64,000 nucleotides of DNA. It comes from Lysobacterales bacterium (GTDB lineage: Bacteria; Pseudomonadota; Gammaproteobacteria; Xanthomonadales; Marinicellaceae). Below, piece after piece: positions 29,699 through 37,653 of the stretch (the stretch's first letter is position 1; each line of letters opens with the position of its first letter). Location: assembly GCA_026982315.1 (NCBI GenBank), contig JALSHI010000061.1, forward strand, positions 19,018 to 83,017. Direction: 5' to 3'. A program made the position numbers and the translations under genes. The notes below the pieces were generated by a model that saw nothing but the letters and a program-made list of their open reading frames with translations, was not told the origin of the DNA and did no database searches.

Positions 29699-30293
29699 AA
29701 GTCACTCGTGATGGTTTGTCTGCTAGTAAGGGTTTCAGAGCCTTGTCAATGGCATCGCGCGCACGGAAAATGCGTGAGCGTACCGTCCCGATGGGACAGG
29801 CCATGGCATTGGCGATTTCTTCATAACTCATGCCATCGACTTCTCGCATAACAATGGCCGAACGCAAATCATCCGGCAAGTCATCCACAGCCCGGGTCAC
29901 CGCTGTTTCAATTTCCTGGCGCGCATATTCTGCTTCCGGCGTGTCAAAATTCTGCATTTCCAATGCGCTGGCGTAACGCTCGGCCTCTTCTGGCTCAACC
30001 TCGGAGTTTTGAATCCGCCGGGACCGGGCCACAAGATGGTTTTTTGCCGTATTAATGGCTATCCGGTAAATCCAGGTATAAAACGCACTGTCCCCCCGAA
30101 AACGGGGTAACGCCTTGTACACCTTGATAAAAACCTCCTGGGTCACATCCAACACTTCATCGCGGTCACGCACATAGCGAGAGATAATATTGGCGATTTT
30201 CTGCTGATAACGAGTCACCAACATTTCAAACGCTCGGGTGTCCCCGGCCTGGGCTTGGTTGACCAGTTCCTGATCAATGGCTTTTTCAGACAT
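29688..30293 (-). CDS. rpoE: ECF RNA polymerase sigma factor sigma-E (RpoE/AlgU)
   Basis: MSEKAIDQELVNQAQAGDTRAFEMLVTRYQQKI aligns with the E. coli RpoE N-terminus as recalled. I prefer the ATG at 30293 (201 aa) over 30314 because a sigma-E-type promoter sits at 30324-30351. Confidence 0.92.
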   Translation of the reverse strand: MSEKAIDQELVNQAQAGDTRAFEMLVTRYQQKIANIISRYVRDRDEVLDVTQEVFIKVYKALPRFRGDSAFYTWIYRIAINTAKNHLVARSRRIQNSEVEPEEAERYASALEMQNFDTPEAEYARQEIETAVTRAVDDLPDDLRSAIVMREVDGMSYEEIANAMACPIGTVRSRIFRARDAIDKALKPLLADKPSRVTYVG

Positions 30294-30323
30294 GTTGTTA
30301 TTTTCTTTTGTCATTGTCTTATC

Positions 30324-30351
30324 TGTGACCGCCGATGGGTTAAAAAGTTTC
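30324..30351 (-). promoter_or_regulatory. Candidate autoregulatory sigma-E-type promoter of rpoE
   Basis: The minus strand reads GAAACTT-N16-TCACA. The consensus I recall is GGAACTT-N16-TCAAA. The predicted transcription start is about 24 nt upstream of the ATG at 30293. Confidence 0.35.
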
Positions 30352-30403
30352 CCGGTATCTGAACAAATAGCACTGATATGGCAGCCTTCCCGAAAATGGC
30401 TGC

Positions 30404-33007
30404 TCAGGATATCGAAGCTTCTTGCTCCAATAGCTGGTAGGCTTCAAGAATGTTATGAATTTCGCTGGCAGGTAATGGCCGGCAAAATAAAAAGCCTTGA
30501 AAATACTGACAACCTTTGTCGACCAGGTATTCGCGCTGAGCTTCGGTTTCCACGCCTTCTGCCACCAATTCGTGACCCATGCGTTTGGCCATATTGACGG
30601 TGGCCTCAAGAATGGCCTCATCATCCGGACTGACACCAATATTGCGCACAAAGGTCTGGTCAATCTTAAGGTATTTGGCCGGAATTTTCTTGATATAGTC
30701 CAGGGACGACTGACCAGTCCCAAAGTCGTCAATTGACAGTGAGTAACCTAACTCATTGAGTTCCCGTAAAACATTCAGCAAGTTGGGGACTTTTTCCAGA
30801 CTAATGCTTTCGGTAATTTCAAAGTCCACAAATTTCGGATGCAACCCGGTGGCAGAAACGATGCCATCCAGGTGCTGTACCAGATCGGAGTCAACAAACT
30901 GGGCTGGCGATAAATTCACTGATATAGTCAACGGTTGATTGAAGACCTGTTGCCACTCCAGACACTGTTTACAGGCCTGTTCCAGCACCCAGTAGCCGAT
31001 TTCCCGAATGAACCCGGATTCTTCCGCCATGGGAATAAAAAAACCGGGGCTAATCAGCCCAAGTTCCAGGTGTTTCCAGCGTACCAGCGCCTCAAATCCC
31101 ACAATTTTTTCGCTGGCCGCGTCAATTTTTGGCTGATAAAAAACGAGTAGCTGTTTGCGTTTGATGGACTGCCTCAGTTGCGATTCCAGCTCCAACTTTT
31201 GCTTTCCTGCTTCACTGCTGACTTCTTTTTCTTCATAGACCTTGATGCGGTTGCGCCCACCCAGCTTGGCATCATACATGGCCAAATCGGCATTTTTCAG
31301 CAGTGTGGCTGTGGTTTTTCCGTGGTCAGGAAAAAAGCTGATACCAATGCTGAGTGTCATCAGCAGTTCACTGCCGTTGCTCAATAGCAATGGCCGGCTC
31401 ATTTTATCCCGAATTTCATTGACCAGCTTGATGACTTCATCCCGGGATGTAACCTGATCAATCAGAATGGTGAACTCATCGCCGGCAAATCGCGCCAGCA
31501 GCCCACGGTTTCCCAGGCTTTTTTTCAGTAATTGAGTGACCGTGAGCAAGACTTCGTCACCAATATCATGGCCAAGTGAATCATTAATGTTTTTGAACTT
31601 ATCCAAATCCACGAAAATGACCGCAAGATGCGTGTTCTCCCGGCTGGCTTTGTCGATGCTTTTGTCCAGCTCTTGCACAAACAGCAGACGATTCGGCAAA
31701 CCGGTCAGCGGGTCGTGCTGTCCTTCTTGCTTGTAAAGCCGGTACAAACGCCCGATATGAGCACTCTTTGCTATATGCGCTGCCATTTCGCTCAATAAAA
31801 AACGGCTGATTTCACTATTTTGGCGCGGTTCGGACGCACTGGCAACCAGAAAGCCTGTGAGGCCACCATCCTCCCGGCAGAAAGGGTAAGCAAGGACACA
31901 GCGCGCTCGCGTCTGGTTCAACCAGGTATCGGAGGGTATCAAATTGGCTGCGTCATTCTCGATTTCCACCGCCTGCCCCTTGCGCAATTGCCGCATGAGA
32001 TAGGTATGCTGATCAGACTGCCATGAATGCCAGTGTTCGGCTGACATGCAGGGATCCGGCTCAGCATCTCCGGTTTCTCCATCCATGTGAGCCACCACCA
32101 GATAATCCAGACCCAACCATTGAACCACTTGTCGATATAATTCCTGACACTTTTCGGCTTTTACATGAAGCGGTTGTAGCTGGCTGATATATTCCATGAC
32201 TCGGGAAAAGGTCGCCACATCATCCTGGTCCTGGAGCATGCCCAGGTAAACGGGCTTGCCAGCCAGGACAGTAATTTGGTAATGGGCTTTAACCCACCGC
32301 GTATGGTCATCGCCTGTGGCCAGTTTGAACTGGAATGATACATGTCCCTGGGAGTTCAGGTCTTTATGGTAGCGGTCGTACTCGACCAGACTGTGAGTGC
32401 GATCAAGTTCATGCCAGGAGTGGCCGATACACGCAGTATCGGAACACCCGGCAAGCTGGCAAAAAGCCTCATTGACCTTGATAATCCGCTGGCTCTGGGC
32501 ATCAACAATCACCTGGGGGATGGCGGAGTCCTCAAAAAACAAATGCCAGAATGCCTGGCTTTGGTCTTCGCTATGCGCGTCTTCACGTGGTTGTATTTCG
32601 GCACTTTTTGCATGGGAATGAAGCAAAAAATCCACTGCCTGGGTGTTCACCGGCGAAAACAGCAGTCCATCGCAGGCTTCACTCACTTGCTGCCAAGTCG
32701 CGCCGTCTTTAAGCTGGCCGGAACCCACCAGTGCGAATAGCCTCTGAGGCGGTTTAAGACTCTCTTTTATGGACTTCAGTTCTCTGAGGTTATTGACCCA
32801 TGGCGTGCCAACTTCAATCACCAGAGTATTAAAACCCGATTCAGCCCAGTCCCGGGGCAAGCGGGAGGCGTCTTTTGCGGTCCGTAACTGGTGACAGTTT
32901 TTCTGGTCAAAATAATCAAACAGCGCGTAGCGGTCGCGTTTGTTGCCACAGGCAATCAACACATCCCAGTCTGAAAAATCACCCATCCAGCGACACCCAC
33001 TGTCCAT
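30404..33007 (-). CDS. Multidomain c-di-GMP signalling protein: degenerate REC-like, PAS, GAF-like, GGDEF (AGDEF) and EAL; FimX-like architecture
   Basis: GGDEF-domain motifs are PLTGLPNR, FVDLDKFKNINDSLGH and RFAGDEF. EAL-domain motifs are YQPKID, FEALVRW, DDFGTGQSSL, KIDQTFV, EGVET and QGFLF. An alternative ATG at 32986 would remove the 29-nt overlap with the upstream ORF. Confidence 0.88.
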   Translation of the reverse strand: MDSGCRWMGDFSDWDVLIACGNKRDRYALFDYFDQKNCHQLRTAKDASRLPRDWAESGFNTLVIEVGTPWVNNLRELKSIKESLKPPQRLFALVGSGQLKDGATWQQVSEACDGLLFSPVNTQAVDFLLHSHAKSAEIQPREDAHSEDQSQAFWHLFFEDSAIPQVIVDAQSQRIIKVNEAFCQLAGCSDTACIGHSWHELDRTHSLVEYDRYHKDLNSQGHVSFQFKLATGDDHTRWVKAHYQITVLAGKPVYLGMLQDQDDVATFSRVMEYISQLQPLHVKAEKCQELYRQVVQWLGLDYLVVAHMDGETGDAEPDPCMSAEHWHSWQSDQHTYLMRQLRKGQAVEIENDAANLIPSDTWLNQTRARCVLAYPFCREDGGLTGFLVASASEPRQNSEISRFLLSEMAAHIAKSAHIGRLYRLYKQEGQHDPLTGLPNRLLFVQELDKSIDKASRENTHLAVIFVDLDKFKNINDSLGHDIGDEVLLTVTQLLKKSLGNRGLLARFAGDEFTILIDQVTSRDEVIKLVNEIRDKMSRPLLLSNGSELLMTLSIGISFFPDHGKTTATLLKNADLAMYDAKLGGRNRIKVYEEKEVSSEAGKQKLELESQLRQSIKRKQLLVFYQPKIDAASEKIVGFEALVRWKHLELGLISPGFFIPMAEESGFIREIGYWVLEQACKQCLEWQQVFNQPLTISVNLSPAQFVDSDLVQHLDGIVSATGLHPKFVDFEITESISLEKVPNLLNVLRELNELGYSLSIDDFGTGQSSLDYIKKIPAKYLKIDQTFVRNIGVSPDDEAILEATVNMAKRMGHELVAEGVETEAQREYLVDKGCQYFQGFLFCRPLPASEIHNILEAYQLLEQEASIS

Positions 33008-33494
33008 CCCTTAAACCCACACGGGCAGCGCGTGGTGAGTCCAGGTTAATTAATTTGACATATTCACTGCTCTCCAGTGCGGGCACTTTTTGCCCGGCCG
33101 GCAAGACAAACATGAGTTTCTTTTTGTCATGCAGGGCTTCCCAACTGCGATGTTTTGGCAGCACCGCCTGCATTTCCACCAGTTCGTCACGGCTATGAGC
33201 GGAAAAAAGGTAAACCCCGTAATGACTGCTGCGATCTGCATAACGCAATGCATCAGATAATCCGCGGGTTCCCGGCACTGGCACATCTCGGGATTTAAGG
33301 CTAACCAAACCTCTACCACTGGACCAGGAATAAATGGCCAGACCGCTTTGTAAACTGATGCGTTGCATGAGCCGCAACAAATCATCAATGCCGTCGGTGT
33401 AAGCCAACAAGGTGTGAGGGGTTTCTGTCAGCGCTTTCTGGATACGGTTTAGCTGGCTGCGCGAAGGTTGCTTGAACGGCGTGTTCACAAACAA
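32979..33494 (-). CDS. Hypothetical protein (171 aa with a TTG start; no family recognised)
   Basis: The ORF fills the whole gap between pilZ and the GGDEF/EAL gene and begins 2 nt after the pilZ stop. The start codon is TTG (33494) or GTG (33488); the first ATG is at codon 43. There is no TM helix or signal peptide. Confidence 0.5.
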   Translation of the reverse strand: MFVNTPFKQPSRSQLNRIQKALTETPHTLLAYTDGIDDLLRLMQRISLQSGLAIYSWSSGRGLVSLKSRDVPVPGTRGLSDALRYADRSSHYGVYLFSAHSRDELVEMQAVLPKHRSWEALHDKKKLMFVLPAGQKVPALESSEYVKLINLDSPRAARVGLRDGQWVSLDG

Positions 33495-33496
33495 AA

Positions 33497-33856
33497 TTAC
33501 ATGGTCTCAGTGGCCACGTCTTCTCCCCGGTACGGTGCCAGCAGTGTTTCAATTTTAGAACGCACGACTTCCATGTCACTGCTATCGGAAAACTGGATGC
33601 CAATGCCCACTTTTTTCAGCCCCTGGGAGCCTGCCGGTGTAATCCAGACCACCTTGCCGGTAACGGGCATCTTTTCTTCATCCTTAATGGACAAAAGCAA
33701 AAACACCTCATCCCCCAGTTTGTAGGCTTTGGTTGTTGGTACAAAAATGCCACCATTTTCCAGGAATGGCATATACACCTTGTGCAAGGATGCCACATCC
33801 TTGACATTCAGTGACAGAATGCCCTGCTTGGCTCCGCCTGGTCCCATAAATGCCAT
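33497..33856 (-). CDS. pilZ: Type IV pilus assembly PilZ protein
   Basis: GILSLNVKDVASLHKVYMPFLENGGIFVPTTKAYKLGDEVFLLLSI...VTGKVVWITPAGSQG...GIGIQF closely parallels P. aeruginosa PilZ (PA2960) as recalled. The position downstream of holB is conserved. Confidence 0.85.
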   Translation of the reverse strand: MAFMGPGGAKQGILSLNVKDVASLHKVYMPFLENGGIFVPTTKAYKLGDEVFLLLSIKDEEKMPVTGKVVWITPAGSQGLKKVGIGIQFSDSSDMEVVRSKIETLLAPYRGEDVATETM

Positions 33857-33932
33857 AATAGAAATCCTCTTTTTCTGCCTGGTAAACAGTTATTCAACGA
33901 GCGTTTTTACATATGCCTTTGATAGCTTTCCA

Positions 33933-34967
33933 CTATAGGCTCGATTCAGGCAATGCACTGTGGCTCCAGTTTATCAAAAATTCCTCAAACAACAGCCCTT
34001 TTTTCAAAACCGACGACCAATGCTGGCGCAAATACGCCAATTGTTGCATTTTTTTACGCATGATCTCAGAATTGTGCAGCACCGGCGCCATCTGGTTGAC
34101 TAAAGCATGCTCACCTGGCAGTGGCTCTTTCACGCCTGCGTAAACCGCCTGTAAATGAAGCAAATAACGGTAAAGAGCCTGCCACCACTGGTCATCTAGC
34201 ACATCCTGCCACTGTTGAGCGATGGTCATTATCCTGTCCTGGCCTGTGTTGGAAATCAGGCTCGCCAAATCATTCATCAGTTGCATAAAATTCGCCAGCC
34301 GGTCAGCCATAAGCCATTCTTTGGCCAAAAGCGGCGCACCCCCGGACACAATCAATGCCTGCTGGGTGATATTATCCGTTTTTCCCAGCCATTGCGCCAA
34401 TGCAGATGCCGCTGGCGGTTTAACCGGCATCAATCGACACCGGCTGGCGATGGTGGGCAGCAGGCGATCCGATTCAGCGGCAATCAGCACAAGACAGGTT
34501 CTGTCGGCAGGTTCTTCCAGGGTTTTCAGCAAGGCATTGGCGGCGGCCAGGTTCATTTGCCCGGCAGACTCAATAATCACCACCTTGTATCCGCCCCGGT
34601 GCGCGCTTAAGGACAGTGCACTGGATACTTCGCGAATTTGAGTCACCTTGATAAACTGGCCCAGGGGCATAACAGCATAAAAATCGGGATGATTCCCTGC
34701 CGCCAAAAGCTGGCAGCCTGCACATTCTCCACATGCTTCGTGCGTATGCCCTTGGTCAAGGGCGCTTTCACAGAGCAGATCCGCCGCCAACGCCAGCGCC
34801 AACGCCTTTTTGCCGCTCCCGCTTATGCCGCGAATCAGAACCGCATGCGGCAGTTGCTTTTGAAAAGCCAGCTTTTGCCATTCCCGACGGTAAGGTACAA
34901 GCCACGGGTAAATGCCTTTTATGACCGGTTTGCCCAATAATGTTGCATCACTGTCAAGCACAGTCAT
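33933..34967 (-). CDS. holB: DNA polymerase III subunit delta-prime
   Basis: YPWLVPYRREWQKL...LPHAVLIRGISGSGK is present, with the zinc module CGECAGCQLLAAGNHPD. The position after tmk fits the conserved order. Confidence 0.88.
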   Translation of the reverse strand: MTVLDSDATLLGKPVIKGIYPWLVPYRREWQKLAFQKQLPHAVLIRGISGSGKKALALALAADLLCESALDQGHTHEACGECAGCQLLAAGNHPDFYAVMPLGQFIKVTQIREVSSALSLSAHRGGYKVVIIESAGQMNLAAANALLKTLEEPADRTCLVLIAAESDRLLPTIASRCRLMPVKPPAASALAQWLGKTDNITQQALIVSGGAPLLAKEWLMADRLANFMQLMNDLASLISNTGQDRIMTIAQQWQDVLDDQWWQALYRYLLHLQAVYAGVKEPLPGEHALVNQMAPVLHNSEIMRKKMQQLAYLRQHWSSVLKKGLLFEEFLINWSHSALPESSL

Positions 34968-34972
34968 GGACG

Positions 34973-35641
34973 TTAAGACTCCGTACCCAAAAGCTGTTGC
35001 GCATAATTCGCCTTGAGAAAGGCCCGCATATCACGCTTGATATCGGCCTGTACCTCGTCAATGGGCTTTGAGGCATCAATCAGCCGAAACCGTTCAGGGT
35101 GCTCACTGGCCCGTTGCCGATAGGCGGCCTGGACACGCTCAAAAAATGCCTGCTGTTCATTTTCAATGCGATCCGTGTGTTGGCGGTCTTGGATGCGTTG
35201 CATGCCAATTTCCGGGGCAATATCCAGTAAAAAGGTTAAATCTGGCTGAAAAGTCCCCACGACCGCCTTGTCCAGTTGCGCGATAAGGTCCAGAGAAATC
35301 CCCCGTCCACCGCCCTGATAGGCGTAACTGGCATCCACATAGCGATCAGAAACCACCCACTGGCCATGGCGCAAGGCCGGCGCAACCACCTTCGCCACAT
35401 GCTCCCGCCGCGATGCAAACATGAGTAACAACTCGGTCAGTGGCTCCAAGTGAGGGGATTTCAACAAGATATCACGAATAGCCTCCGCCTCGGGGGTGCC
35501 GCCCGGTTCACGCGTGAGTATGTACTGGATGCCTGCCTCATCCAGTACATCCCGAATACTTTTAAGCGCCGTGGTTTTCCCGGCGCCTTCGCCGCCTTCG
35601 AGGGTGATTAATCGCCCCTGTACGGTATCTTTAGTTTCCAT
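34973..35641 (-). CDS. tmk: Thymidylate kinase
   Basis: GRLITLEGGEGAGKTT is the P-loop. TREPGGT and DRY are also present. Confidence 0.95.
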   Translation of the reverse strand: METKDTVQGRLITLEGGEGAGKTTALKSIRDVLDEAGIQYILTREPGGTPEAEAIRDILLKSPHLEPLTELLLMFASRREHVAKVVAPALRHGQWVVSDRYVDASYAYQGGGRGISLDLIAQLDKAVVGTFQPDLTFLLDIAPEIGMQRIQDRQHTDRIENEQQAFFERVQAAYRQRASEHPERFRLIDASKPIDEVQADIKRDMRAFLKANYAQQLLGTES

Positions 35642-36749
35642 TGTCTTGGTGCTTTTGCGGCGCCACAGGAGGGCGTAACGTTTTTTTTGGCTTTTCCACT
35701 TTGTTCACAGTACCCGCCTGATCGGCTTGTGCGTCACGTGCTGTTTGACCAGCCAGATAGTTTTTCACCGCTTTTTTATGTTCGCTGAAAGTTGTGCTGA
35801 AAACATGCCCGCCCTGATTGTCAGCGACAAAGTACAAGGCATCGCCCTTGGCCGGATGCGCCACCGCCTCGATTGAATCCCGCCCCGCCATACTGATGGG
35901 CGTCGGTGGCAAACCGGCACGCGTATAGGTGTTATAGGGCGTGTCTGTGCGCAAATGCGCATAGGTAATGTCCCCCGCATAGGCCTCCCCCAGTCCATAA
36001 ATTACTGTGGGGTCGGTTTGTAGTCGCATGCCTTTTTTCAAACGGCGCACAAAAACACCAGCGACCTGGGGCTTTTCAGCGGCCAGGGCTGTTTCCTTTT
36101 CCACGATACTGGCCAGAATCAGCATCTCATAGGCCGATGTTAGTGGCAGTTCATGATCCCGTTGTTGCCAGGCGGCATCAAGCACACGTTGCAATGCTTC
36201 ATACGCGCGCTTGAGCACCGACAAATCCGAGTCACCCCGTCGGTATTGCCAGGTTTCAGGCAAAAACAGGCCTTCTGGGCTGGGCGCTTTCGCGGATAAC
36301 CATTGCAGCAACTGTTTATCATTCATCTCGGCTAGGGGATGCTGCAAAACAGGATCCTGGAGCAAACGTTGCTTTAGCTGCTTCCAGGTTTGCCCTTCAA
36401 TGATGGTAAAGGTATAAGTTTTGACATCGCCCCGAGCCAGTTTCTCAAGCAATTCCTGAGGTTGAATTTTGCCATCAAAGCTGTATTCCCCCGCCTTGAT
36501 CTGGCTTTCCAGTGCTGATAACCGCCCCAACACACGCCACTGCCACATTTCGCCCCCGGCGCCTTGCTGTCGCAATAATGCCACCACTTTTCGGAAAGAA
36601 GCTCCGGCAGGCACTTCCAGTATGATTTCTGAGCGCGCATCGGAAAATACCGGCTCAGACAGAAACGCCCGATACTGCTGCCAGCCCCAGAAAAATCCAC
36701 CCAGCGCCAGCAGCAACACGAATACAGCCGCAAGAAAAAACTTCTTCAC
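35631..36749 (-). CDS. mltG: Endolytic murein transglycosylase MltG (YceG)
   Basis: An N-terminal TM anchor is present. The YceG-like core has ILASIVEKE, QTDPTVIYG, YNTY and GLPPTPI. The start is GTG (rc of 36747-36749). A low-complexity C-terminal tail overlaps the tmk start. Confidence 0.88.
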   Translation of the reverse strand: MKKFFLAAVFVLLLALGGFFWGWQQYRAFLSEPVFSDARSEIILEVPAGASFRKVVALLRQQGAGGEMWQWRVLGRLSALESQIKAGEYSFDGKIQPQELLEKLARGDVKTYTFTIIEGQTWKQLKQRLLQDPVLQHPLAEMNDKQLLQWLSAKAPSPEGLFLPETWQYRRGDSDLSVLKRAYEALQRVLDAAWQQRDHELPLTSAYEMLILASIVEKETALAAEKPQVAGVFVRRLKKGMRLQTDPTVIYGLGEAYAGDITYAHLRTDTPYNTYTRAGLPPTPISMAGRDSIEAVAHPAKGDALYFVADNQGGHVFSTTFSEHKKAVKNYLAGQTARDAQADQAGTVNKVEKPKKTLRPPVAPQKHQDNGN

Positions 36750-36807
36750 ATTAAACCTCGATCCAGCGGGCGCTCCATTGACAGGCTGGCGCTTACGCGG
36801 TGTCTCG

Positions 36808-37653
36808 TCATTCCGGCAAAAACAGGGCTTCCCATGCTGTCATTATCTCACTGATGCGTTGTTGCACCACAGATTTTTGCAAACTCCGGTTAAAGCAGAC
36901 AGGCCCTGCGCTGGCAGCCACACGGAATCCCCTGATGCTGTTGCACAGTAATAGCGCGTCCATCTGTGTTATTTGGGCGTACGGCAGAACCCGGGAAGCC
37001 ACAGGGAAATGGGCTTGCAGCCAGGACAAGGCCACACCCTGAACCCCACAGCCACTCAAATCCGGCGTTATCCATTCAGAGCCCTGAAGCATGACCAGAT
37101 TGCTGCTGGTGGCTTCCACCAGATTATCATCAGCGTCCAGCAACAAGCCATCATCATAACCTGCTTGGCGAACTTCCTGACAAGCCAGCACATTTTCCAG
37201 GCGGTTCAAGTGCTTAATACCCGCCAGCGCCGGTTGCCGGGCCAGGCGCATGGTGCATTTCATAACACGCAACTTCGCAGTTGGAGCGGCTTGGTGCGAC
37301 TGACCAGCCGGGAAAAACTGAATGGCCAAAGCGCTGTCCCCACCCTCGGGACAATAGCCCCGAAGAACCCCTTTGGACTGGCGATACAACACCAGCTTGA
37401 GTACACCGGAGATATTTTTTTTCGGCGGCAATGCGGCTGACTCCAGCACGCTTTCAATGGCATGCCATGTCTCAGCGCAATCAGGCAAATCCAGCCCCAG
37501 ACGTTGTCCTCCCCTGCACAACCGTTGCCAGTGTAACACCCATAAAGGCGCGTGGCCGGCAGTCACCCGAATACTTTCAAAAACACCATCGCCGTAAGCA
37601 AACGCCCGGTTGGCAAACAAGTTCTTTTGATCAGTCTGTAGCTGGCAACTCAT
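36808..37653 (-). CDS. pabC: Aminodeoxychorismate lyase (class IV aminotransferase fold)
   Basis: NRAFAYGDGVFESIRV is a class IV fold motif. The gene lies between pabB and mltG, as in other gammaproteobacteria. The ATG at 37651-37653 was chosen, giving 281 aa; the track start at 37773 lies deep inside pabB. Confidence 0.78.
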   Translation of the reverse strand: MSCQLQTDQKNLFANRAFAYGDGVFESIRVTAGHAPLWVLHWQRLCRGGQRLGLDLPDCAETWHAIESVLESAALPPKKNISGVLKLVLYRQSKGVLRGYCPEGGDSALAIQFFPAGQSHQAAPTAKLRVMKCTMRLARQPALAGIKHLNRLENVLACQEVRQAGYDDGLLLDADDNLVEATSSNLVMLQGSEWITPDLSGCGVQGVALSWLQAHFPVASRVLPYAQITQMDALLLCNSIRGFRVAASAGPVCFNRSLQKSVVQQRISEIMTAWEALFLPE

